From the NCBI GenBank assembly GCA_030429505.1, contig JAUIFI010000001.1:1-32000 (forward strand): a stretch of 32,000 nucleotides of DNA, written 5' to 3'. A program made the translations under genes and the position numbers. This document shows, piece by piece, positions 9,831-17,323 of the stretch. The notes beneath the pieces were generated by a model, which saw nothing but the letters and a program-made list of their open reading frames with translations, was not told where the DNA came from and made no database searches. Origin of the DNA: Candidatus Saccharimonadota bacterium (GTDB taxonomy: Bacteria; Patescibacteriota; Gracilibacteria; UBA4473). Within the stretch, counting starts at the first letter, position 1. Each line of letters starts with the position of its first letter.

Positions 9831-10376
9831 ATGAAGCCTTTTAAGATCCTTTCGACAGAAAAAATCCTTGATGTCCTTTATTGTCCTGTCGAAAAACATC
9901 GAGTCGAACTTCCCAATGGAAAAGAAGCAGATTGGTTTGTCACCACATTTCCAGACGCTGTTATCGTGGTTCCCTTTCTCCCCTCAGGCGAAGTTATCCT
10001 AGAAAAAACCTATAAACATGGGTGTCGAAATATCGTTATCGAATTTTGTGCTGGCATCATTGATCCAGGAGAAGAACCTCTCCACGCAGCTCATCGTGAA
10101 TTACAAGAAGAAACGGGTTTTACCACAAAATCTATGAAAAAAATCGGAGAAGTATTTGCCAATCCCACAGGATCAACTATGAAATACCACTATTTTGTAG
10201 CTCTTGATTGCCAAAAAACTGGTCCTCAAAAACTTGATGATGCAGAACAAATAGAAGTATTCACCCTTCCTGATTTTGCAGCTGCACAGGAATTACTCCT
10301 TCATCCCGACACCAAAACTGCCAGTACCATCATCGCTGCACTCGGGTTTACCAAAGCTTTTTTAGAAAATAAATAG
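9831..10376 (+). CDS. NUDIX hydrolase (ADP-ribose pyrophosphatase-like)
   Basis: Complete Nudix box GX5EX7REUXEEXGU: GIIDPGEEPLHAAHRELQEETGF. It starts 3 nt after the pgeF-like stop. Confidence 0.85.
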   Translation: MKPFKILSTEKILDVLYCPVEKHRVELPNGKEADWFVTTFPDAVIVVPFLPSGEVILEKTYKHGCRNIVIEFCAGIIDPGEEPLHAAHRELQEETGFTTKSMKKIGEVFANPTGSTMKYHYFVALDCQKTGPQKLDDAEQIEVFTLPDFAAAQELLLHPDTKTASTIIAALGFTKAFLENK

Positions 10377-10409
10377 AAGAGAAGAAAAATTTTCAGAATT
10401 TTACCTTTT

Positions 10410-10437
10410 TTGCTATATTTCTGGCATCCACTAGAAT
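10410..10437 (+). promoter_or_regulatory. Candidate sigma-70-type promoter for the tRNA(CAU) transcript
   Basis: TTGCTA (10410-10415), 16-nt spacer, TAGAAT (10432-10437). It would give a leader of roughly 105 nt ahead of the tRNA. Confidence 0.35.
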
Positions 10438-10548
10438 AGATAAACCGTGAGTGCGACAGGTGTCGCACAAGAGAGAGAAGAAGCTGATGGAGTTGAGAAG
10501 CTTTTGACGGAAAGACAAAGCAATCTCAACGAAAACCTCTTCGATGAC

Positions 10549-10624
10549 GGGCGAGTAGCTCAGTGGTTAGAGCAGGGCGCTCATAACGCCTTGGTCGCAG
10601 GTTCAATTCCTGCCTCGCCCACCA
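10549..10624 (+). tRNA. tRNA with CAU anticodon: elongator Met or lysidine-type Ile2; not an initiator
   Basis: Hand-folded cloverleaf: acceptor GGGCGAG/CTCGCCC, D arm GCTC-AGTGGTTA-GAGC, anticodon arm GGGCG-CTCATAA-CGCCT, variable TGGTC, T arm GCAGG-TTCAATT-CCTGC, discriminator A, encoded CCA. The G1-C72 pair and the lack of three G-C pairs next to the anticodon loop argue against an initiator. The D arm and variable loop resemble E. coli ileX as I recall it. Confidence 0.93.
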
Positions 10625-10900
10625 AAATAAATAGACAAACCTCATTTTTATGAAAGAGGTGTATTAAACTTGTTGGCAAAAAATAAAAATATGATAAAAA
10701 TAGATAGCTCTTTCACACATCAAAACAAAAATCCTTGCAGGTATTTTTCTGTTTTTAAATTATATTTTGAGAACAGATATCCTGCCTGCTAGGTTTTACA
10801 TCCGATGAATTAAGCTATGAATGTGAATACAAAAGTATTTGTTTTTAGTTTTATAGCTTAATTCAAACTAATTCAATTAAAAAAATGAGAGGGATTCGTT

Positions 10901-12094
10901 ATGTCGAAAAATGAAAAGATCTTAAATGTTCAACGAGTTTGGGCAATGGTTGGAAGTTTTCTGGTGATTGCAATTATCGGATTTGTATACGCACCAGTAG
11001 AAGCAGTGCTCAGTGAACTACATTTATTTATCACTTTCAATGCTCAAAATATAATCCCAAGTTCAGAGAATCTGATCAGAATTTTACCGGACATTTTACT
11101 CATAGTAACGATAGACATTACTATTTCTATTATTGGAATAGTATTTATAAATAACAAATTGGGCCATCGAAAAGGTCCTAATATCTTAGATAAACGACTT
11201 AATGTTAACCAACAACCCAAAAACGTCTTTAAGGAGTTGTTTCTACTTGTAGTGATAGAGGAGGCTTTTGCTCGCTATCTTTTTCTCGGAATTCTTACGC
11301 AAATATCATTTTTCTCCGGCACTATAGGTTTTTACATTCTGTTGCTGGTTGGAAATGGAATTTGGGCCTGGATACACATTTACAATTTCCAGGAAAAAGA
11401 AGACCAACAGATTATAAGAATACTTCCTCAGTTTTTGGGAGGGATTTTTCTTTCCTATGTCTTTGTGAAGTATGGATTTATGGCTGCTGTTTTGACGCAT
11501 TTTATTGGCAATGGAATCATTTATTCATTGACCAAAGTAATGGTAACAGGAGTTCGGCAACTTGTAAGAGCCTTGATATCTTGTCTTATTTGTGTAGTCT
11601 GTTGGATTTTGATGGATCATCCTTTATCTGATTTATTAGCTTGGGTTGATACATCTAATATTGTTGGCATACCAGGATGGAGTGTATGGGACTATGTCCT
11701 TGCTTGTCTCTTTTTTGGAAATGCCGCACAGGTAATTTTTACAGTGCTAGCCTATGACACTGTAACCATAAAAAAAAGAACAGGGCAAAAACTAGATTTC
11801 TTAGAAACAATGATAGGGTCTGTGGCGATTATATTAGTATTATACCTCCTTATATGGGGTTTAGTTTTTCTGATTGAAGACCTCCTGACTCGATTATTAA
11901 TCGTCACCATATTTATCGTATTTTCACTCAAAAACCCTTCTGCGAATGGGGCTGTTCGATCATTTTGGTCAACAGTTCCAACATACTTTATTTTGATTGG
12001 AAGCTTGCATACGCTTCCATTTATCGACGCGGTTGTCATGATCGTTTCGCTGATAACGATCGAAAATGGAGTGAATAAAATCGTGGATGGATAG
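10901..12094 (+). CDS. CPBP-family (CAAX/Abi-type) intramembrane glutamic endopeptidase with an extra C-terminal multi-TM extension
   Basis: The three CPBP motifs are in order: EExxxR (VIEEAFARYLF), FxxxH-like (WAWIHIYNF) and HxxxN (THFIGNGI). The protein is polytopic throughout. About 180 aa of further TM helices follow the last motif. Confidence 0.7.
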   Translation: MSKNEKILNVQRVWAMVGSFLVIAIIGFVYAPVEAVLSELHLFITFNAQNIIPSSENLIRILPDILLIVTIDITISIIGIVFINNKLGHRKGPNILDKRLNVNQQPKNVFKELFLLVVIEEAFARYLFLGILTQISFFSGTIGFYILLLVGNGIWAWIHIYNFQEKEDQQIIRILPQFLGGIFLSYVFVKYGFMAAVLTHFIGNGIIYSLTKVMVTGVRQLVRALISCLICVVCWILMDHPLSDLLAWVDTSNIVGIPGWSVWDYVLACLFFGNAAQVIFTVLAYDTVTIKKRTGQKLDFLETMIGSVAIILVLYLLIWGLVFLIEDLLTRLLIVTIFIVFSLKNPSANGAVRSFWSTVPTYFILIGSLHTLPFIDAVVMIVSLITIENGVNKIVDG

Positions 12095-12109
12095 TAATAG
12101 GCAGGATAT

Positions 12110-12181
12110 TCTAGAGGAAAACCTCTAGAAAAATGTTTTCAAGCGGCTGTGAAGAAAAATCTTCATAAGCCGCTCTTTTTT
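12110..12181. terminator. Two hairpins between convergent genes; the second is a bidirectional rho-independent terminator
   Basis: Hairpin 1: TCTAGAGG-AAAA-CCTCTAGA (12110-12129). Hairpin 2: AGCGGCT G TGAAGA-AAAA-TCTTCA TA AGCCGCT (12142-12174), followed by a T-run at 12176-12181. On the other strand hairpin 2 is followed by a weaker mixed A/T stretch (TGAAAACATTTTT). Confidence 0.7.
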
Positions 12182-12548
12182 ATTTATCAATAAAACTATT
12201 CTGACTACTATCCCAGGGAGGTGTAATTGTGACATGCGAGATACATTTCCCAGTGATGGAGTATTTTTTGTGTGGCATGATAGCGTATGATTTTCCTTCC
12301 GGAAGAACAATGAGTTTGTCATCAATTTCCAAGACACATGCTCCCCAGAGGGTTTTTGTCGTTTCCGTGCAAAATTCATTGATCGAATATCCATCTTCTT
12401 GTTTTGGATAACGACCATCACACCAGACAATAGCCTGTGTCTTATCAGGACTTAATGCGCATTTACCTCCGGCGACTTCATAGACCGGCCAGCCAGTAGC
12501 TTGATATTGTTGTAAAAAATGGTTCCATTGAGTTTCAAAGAGATTCAT
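12180..12548 (-). CDS. Hypothetical 122-aa protein, possibly a small cupin-like beta-barrel
   Basis: The ORF overlaps the upstream M24 peptidase gene by 4 nt (ATGA at 12545-12548), suggesting translational coupling. No confident motif; a weak cupin-like 'PEGKSYAIMPH' segment only. Confidence 0.5.
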   Translation of the reverse strand: MNLFETQWNHFLQQYQATGWPVYEVAGGKCALSPDKTQAIVWCDGRYPKQEDGYSINEFCTETTKTLWGACVLEIDDKLIVLPEGKSYAIMPHKKYSITGKCISHVTITPPWDSSQNSFIDK

Positions 12549-13750
12549 AGTGATGAAAGTGAAGAAAAATTATGAAGAGATAAGAGTTCTTGTTGTGGAG
12601 TATCAAAAATCCGGACGGTTTTTTCAGAAGTGATATACACGTCAACCTCACTACGTACACCAAATTCTTCAGGGATATAAACACCAGGCTCGATTGAAAA
12701 TCCACAATCAGGAATAATAGTTCGCGTGTCGTGCAGTTCAAAGTTGTCTATATTGACGCCTTTTCCGTGAAGATCACATTGAATACTGTGTCCAGTTCGA
12801 TGGGTAAAAGACTCCCCAAAACCAGCGTGCTCAATTACTTCTCGAACTTGATCATCGACTTCCCAGCCTTGAATGTCTCTGTGAGATATATTTTCTCGTA
12901 AAAACTCAATCCCAGTATCTCGTGCATTTCGGACAGTTTCCCAGACCTTTTGTACTTTCTCAGGAACAATATCTGCTGTATATCCCATCCAGGTAATGTC
13001 GGCGTAAATGGCGTCTGACTGCTTTTCCTTAGCCCAGAGGTCTATCATCAGAACTTGATCTGGAAGAATATCACTATTTTTAGACTTAGTCGGACAGTAA
13101 TGAGGGTCAGCGCTATTTTTGCCACCAGCAACTACAGGGGGATGGCACGTTTCTAAATTATATTTTTTGAATACCTCCATAATAACTTGTTGAATTGTAT
13201 ATTCATTAGATTTCCCATTACTTTGAAAATCTTTCTGAATAGTCTGGTACGCTTTTTCTAGAGCTGTGTGCAAGACTTTTAAGACTCTTTTGTGACTCTC
13301 GGCTCCTTTTTGTCCGGCCCAGGTAGATAAAGTATGTTGCACGAGTTCAGCCGAACTGACGATATTTACTCCTGTTTCACGTATCATTTCGACAGTTCCA
13401 GCGTCCACTTTACTCACATATGGGATTTCACAATTGGGGCTATATTCGATAGCTACAGTTTTAGTGGAAGACAATAATGCTTGGAGTTGTTGCTGTAAAT
13501 CTCGAAAACTTGAATAAGTTGAGGAAGGAATTCCCAGAGGCTTAAAAACTCCTTGTTCAATCGTGTGAATCAAAAACTGATATTCTCCTTTTTGATTGAG
13601 GAGCAAAAACCAGCGACGAGTTGCAGATTGAATACCAGTTAATTCTTCAGCAATGGGGTTCAGTCCATGAAAAGAATACAAAAGCCAAGCATCGATATTA
13701 TTTTGTTTTAGAATGCTCTGAAGACCGGAAGTGTAAGATTGAATATTCAT
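12545..13750 (-). CDS. M24-family metallopeptidase (Xaa-Pro aminopeptidase/prolidase-like)
   Basis: Creatinase-like N-terminal half plus the pita-bread catalytic half. Metal-ligand context: MIDLWA, YADITWMGY, HRTGHSI, GFSIEPGVY, VRSEVDVYI. Confidence 0.85.
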   Translation of the reverse strand: MNIQSYTSGLQSILKQNNIDAWLLYSFHGLNPIAEELTGIQSATRRWFLLLNQKGEYQFLIHTIEQGVFKPLGIPSSTYSSFRDLQQQLQALLSSTKTVAIEYSPNCEIPYVSKVDAGTVEMIRETGVNIVSSAELVQHTLSTWAGQKGAESHKRVLKVLHTALEKAYQTIQKDFQSNGKSNEYTIQQVIMEVFKKYNLETCHPPVVAGGKNSADPHYCPTKSKNSDILPDQVLMIDLWAKEKQSDAIYADITWMGYTADIVPEKVQKVWETVRNARDTGIEFLRENISHRDIQGWEVDDQVREVIEHAGFGESFTHRTGHSIQCDLHGKGVNIDNFELHDTRTIIPDCGFSIEPGVYIPEEFGVRSEVDVYITSEKTVRIFDTPQQELLSLHNFSSLSSL

Positions 13751-13776
13751 GAGATGAAATACAAAAAGATTATACC

Positions 13777-15420
13777 TTATTCTTTATAACCAACAGCACT
13801 GGCAAATTCTCCGTACAGTGCGGGACTACCTCCATACAGACCGTAAGCTTCGCTCATGATTGAGCTATCACTGGCGAGTAGAAAGCTAGTAGGTGATGAT
13901 GTCAAAGCTTTGCCAATGACAATATATTCGGCTATTTGATTGGGAATAATGGTTCGCTTCATTCTTTCCAAAAAAGCTTCTTCGCTTTCATCATAAGTTT
14001 TATGCCACTTTGTATAAAGATCCTTTCTCCGAAAGAAAACTAAATCAAAAAACTTATCATGTTCTTGATAAAAGGATGTTGCGAGCTTTTTTACTTCCGC
14101 TTTGAAATATTTATCACTAATAATGGAGTTGGTGATACCGGTTTGTACATCAAGATTATATTCATTTTTATAACGAGCTTGTATATTTCTCAAGCTGACT
14201 TCCAATTTTCGAATACAGTCTTCATATGAAAGATGTTCTAACCCTTCAAAGCCTTTCTCAATATCAAATTCAAAGCTAGGAAGATAGTGGATCACAGATA
14301 CATTGGCTATATATCGAGTAAAAATATCATGCATAGCTTTGACGTATTCATAGGCTTTTTTGGCAACGACCCCTTCGCCTTCATTGACGTTTTTAAAATC
14401 AAACTCCCATATTTGATTATTATCTTCTCCAGTATATTCTCCACTATAGTCCGGACAGGTGAGTATCTGAAAATCAATTCTATCTTGTTTAACACATTCG
14501 ACTATCCGAGCAAAAAGAGTAGTATCATTTTCAATGAGAACAGGTATGTAGATTTGCATTCTTGAGTCTTGAAACATTTCGGTAAGAATATCTATAGCTT
14601 TGAGAATTGCTTTCGGTGTACCTTCTTGAGAAGATAAATCCGAAGCATTTTCATCCACAAAAGCTAGTATATTTTCATGCAATCGACTAGTAAGTTTATT
14701 TTGTTTTTTCTTTTGAAATAGAACCGGGTTTGTGAATTTGATATGAATAAGTTTTTCCAAAAATTCTTTGGCAAACTCTGGTCCATATTCTTGTAATAAA
14801 ACAGCTTGACGAAGGAGTTCGGACTGTGGAATATCTCTTTTGAGTGCACGTAAAGCACAATATGTATCTCGAGCTGGACTTCGTTGCAAAAATATATTCG
14901 GGTTACCGTTGATAACGGTTTCGGCCCGTCGATAAATTTGAAGACTAATAGTATCTTCTAGTGTCTGTAAAAAAGTAGTAGTAATGCCTCCTAAAATACT
15001 ACTTTTAAGAGAAGGGTCCGAAAGGGAGTTTTCTATAGTTCGACGAACCGCGTTTTTAATGGCTGCAAATTTTTCCATATGTTTTGTATTCATATAACGA
15101 GCAGCTCCTCCCTTTTTTTCTTGTCTGACCACAGGAGGCATAGTACCGTTAGTTACATTTATGCGAACAGATTCCTGGAGACTAGAAGGACCATTTTGCT
15201 CAATTACATCAGAAACACTAGCAATAACTTTCTCCGCCAGAAAGGAAGTAGTCAAAAGCGTTCGGTTAACTTTGGTAGAAAAAGATGCCATCTCAAGTTC
15301 TCTCTGAAAAACTTCTGAAAAATCAGGTAAATGCAGAACGGTACTTACTAAGCGTGTAACTTCTCCAACTCGTTCCGGTGTGTCAGGAGAGTTGCCGTAC
15401 AAGTGTTTTGTGCTACTCAT
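13777..15420 (-). CDS. Hypothetical protein with no motif I can recognise (547 aa from ATG 15420; the track's 554-aa version starts at TTG 15441)
   Basis: Long uninterrupted ORF on the same strand as dnaG and the M24 peptidase. I prefer the ATG at 15418-15420 (MSSTKHLYG...). The TTG at 15439-15441 sits inside the T-run of an upstream hairpin. No P-loop, HTH, sigma or TM signature is seen. Confidence 0.75.
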   Translation of the reverse strand: MSSTKHLYGNSPDTPERVGEVTRLVSTVLHLPDFSEVFQRELEMASFSTKVNRTLLTTSFLAEKVIASVSDVIEQNGPSSLQESVRINVTNGTMPPVVRQEKKGGAARYMNTKHMEKFAAIKNAVRRTIENSLSDPSLKSSILGGITTTFLQTLEDTISLQIYRRAETVINGNPNIFLQRSPARDTYCALRALKRDIPQSELLRQAVLLQEYGPEFAKEFLEKLIHIKFTNPVLFQKKKQNKLTSRLHENILAFVDENASDLSSQEGTPKAILKAIDILTEMFQDSRMQIYIPVLIENDTTLFARIVECVKQDRIDFQILTCPDYSGEYTGEDNNQIWEFDFKNVNEGEGVVAKKAYEYVKAMHDIFTRYIANVSVIHYLPSFEFDIEKGFEGLEHLSYEDCIRKLEVSLRNIQARYKNEYNLDVQTGITNSIISDKYFKAEVKKLATSFYQEHDKFFDLVFFRRKDLYTKWHKTYDESEEAFLERMKRTIIPNQIAEYIVIGKALTSSPTSFLLASDSSIMSEAYGLYGGSPALYGEFASAVGYKE

Positions 15421-15439
15421 TTTAAAATAAATTACATAC

Positions 15440-15465
15440 AAAAAAGCCCGAACTCTCGATCGGGT
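15440..15465 (-). terminator. Terminator-like hairpin plus T-run only ~20 nt upstream of the orphan gene's ATG
   Basis: Minus strand: ACCCGA-TCGAGAGT-TCGGGC followed by TTTTTT. The stem is CCCGA/TCGGG (15447-15451 / 15460-15464) and the T-run is 15440-15445. The stem is short (5 bp). Confidence 0.4.
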
Positions 15466-15593
15466 AATTCGGATTAGTTCTGACAGTTTATTTTTTTACA
15501 CTTCTATCAAAAGAGTCTCCGCCTTACCCAATCGGGTCGGCATAAACCAATGAAAGAAGAAAGCAAACAAACTGTTATTCATGTACACCAGCT

Positions 15594-15621
15594 ATCTTAA
15601 GCATACATGAAAGACTGTCAA
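15594..15621 (-). promoter_or_regulatory. Candidate promoter immediately downstream of the dnaG stop, driving a ~165-nt leader of the orphan gene
   Basis: On the minus strand: TTGACA (15621-15616), 16-nt spacer, TAAGAT (15599-15594). Confidence 0.4.
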
Positions 15622-15627
15622 ATATTT

Positions 15628-17304
15628 TTATAACTGCGATCGCACTTTCCGAGCTTCTACCACTCTCGTTTGCTTCGCATGCTCCTGCTCTAACTGCTTC
15701 GTAAACGTGAGAAAATCCCGCTTTAAAATATCCGGAGAAGGCGTATCTCCATACAGTAATTCTTGATGAAGTTGCCAACCGAGAAGTTTTTTCTGTTCCT
15801 CACTCGTAAAATCTTTCTGCTGAAATTTTCTCTCCAAGAGATCTTTACACTCTCCCGAAACAAGGTCCAAAATCTTATCATTTAGTTTCCCTCCAAAAAA
15901 ATCCCAATTGGCACACAAAAAGCCTACAAAAGCTTCTTCTCGTGAAAATTTTTGACGACTTACTTTCTCATGTCGACGCTGTACCGGTTGAATGTGTTTG
16001 GCTTTATATCGCTGAAACTCCTCCTCTATAATAGACTTTGCTCGATTAAGCCTTAGCGCCATTGTGTTAATCATTTCATCGACTTCCACAGGACGAGATA
16101 CAAGCTTGAGAAAATAAAACATAGAGTCTAAAAATTTTTTTTCTCCTTCAATCGAGCCGTCTAGATTTTTCAAAGTAAACTTTTCGAGTAAAAAAAGTAC
16201 CGCATTATGAGCATTTTTTACTACTTTTTGCAGTTCTTTCGGGTTTTCCTGTGCCAATTCATCGAGATCTTTTTTTCCTTTTACTTCAATGATAAAAGGA
16301 TTTAATTCCATTTTAAGAACCATTTCAACTGCTCGTAACGTGGCTTTTTTCCCCGCAACATCCGTATCAAATGCCAGGTAGAAATTTTTTGTCAGACGTT
16401 TTAAAATTCTCAAATGATCTTCTGTAAGAGATGTCCCACACGTTGCTACTGTATTTCGAAATCCAGCTGTATGAGCAGAAATGACATCAAAATTACCTTC
16501 TACTAAAATCACAGCATCTTTTTCCCGAATTACTTTTCGTGCTCGGTCAAAACCAAAGAGTGTTGAAGATTTATGATAGACAGGGTTCTCTGGAGAATTA
16601 ATATACTTTGCAACCTTCTTTTCTCCTGATAAATCACGCCCAGTGAAGGCCACTATTTTTCCTTCTTTCGGTTCACAAATCGGAATCATTAGGCGTCTGA
16701 GAAAACGATCACGCATCGTTTTAGCACCAAATTCTCGTTCAAAAGCGACTCCAGATTCTGAAATTTGTTTTTGTGCAAAGCCAGATTGCAAAAGATACTT
16801 AGTAAGTCCATCAGCAATATCTCCCCCATATCCCAATCGCCATTCCTTACAAACTTCATCTGATATGCCCCGTTCTTTTAAATACTTTTGAGCTTCTTTA
16901 TTCTTTTCAAGTTGCTCTTGGAAAAAACGAGCCGCCTTCTGATGAAGCATAAATATATCCTTTTTAACTTCTTTGGAAGGTCCTGATTTTTGAAAAGACT
17001 CCTTCGGGAGCTCTACACCAGCCATATCAGCTAAATGCTCCACGGCCTCAGGAAAACTCAAGCTCTCAATTCGTTCCAAGAAAGAAATCACATCACCACC
17101 TTCCGAAGTTCCGAAGTCATACCAAAACTGCTTGTCAGGACTCACACAAAAGCTCGGTGTCCGCTCATTACGGAAAGGAGATCTCCCCATATAGTTTTTC
17201 CCTGATTTTTTCAGTTCAGCATACTTTCGAATCACTTCGACGATATCAATACGATTTTTTAAATCCTCCAAAAAACGATCATTCATCAATTTTACTTTTG
17301 TCAT
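15628..17304 (-). CDS. dnaG: DNA primase DnaG
   Basis: N-terminal primase zinc-binding-domain homology (SPFRNERTPSFCVSPDKQFWYDFGTSEGGDVISF). TOPRIM motifs are present: ILVEGNFDVIS and LAFDTDVAGKKA. The RNA-polymerase core is also recognisable (KYINSPENPVYHKSSTLFG). Confidence 0.92.
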   Translation of the reverse strand: MTKVKLMNDRFLEDLKNRIDIVEVIRKYAELKKSGKNYMGRSPFRNERTPSFCVSPDKQFWYDFGTSEGGDVISFLERIESLSFPEAVEHLADMAGVELPKESFQKSGPSKEVKKDIFMLHQKAARFFQEQLEKNKEAQKYLKERGISDEVCKEWRLGYGGDIADGLTKYLLQSGFAQKQISESGVAFEREFGAKTMRDRFLRRLMIPICEPKEGKIVAFTGRDLSGEKKVAKYINSPENPVYHKSSTLFGFDRARKVIREKDAVILVEGNFDVISAHTAGFRNTVATCGTSLTEDHLRILKRLTKNFYLAFDTDVAGKKATLRAVEMVLKMELNPFIIEVKGKKDLDELAQENPKELQKVVKNAHNAVLFLLEKFTLKNLDGSIEGEKKFLDSMFYFLKLVSRPVEVDEMINTMALRLNRAKSIIEEEFQRYKAKHIQPVQRRHEKVSRQKFSREEAFVGFLCANWDFFGGKLNDKILDLVSGECKDLLERKFQQKDFTSEEQKKLLGWQLHQELLYGDTPSPDILKRDFLTFTKQLEQEHAKQTRVVEARKVRSQL

Positions 17305-17323
17305 TTTTTCGAGTAAATATCAA

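Noticed and set aside
9523-9834. 103-aa plus-strand ORF overlapping the pgeF-like gene in another frame
   Set aside because: It lies completely inside the 9279..9827 gene, which carries the family's His-Cys-His motifs. Its K/S-rich low-complexity translation is typical of an off-frame read.
10447-10653. 68-aa plus-strand ORF
   Set aside because: It reads straight through the tRNA(CAU) gene (10549-10624). The GTG start sits in the leader hairpin. Not coding.
13777-15441. Possibility that the gene after dnaG is a divergent rpoD
   Set aside because: No region 2 (-10 recognition / core binding) or region 4 HTH-like sequence is recognisable anywhere in the 547/554 aa. The position is suggestive, but the sequence gives no support.
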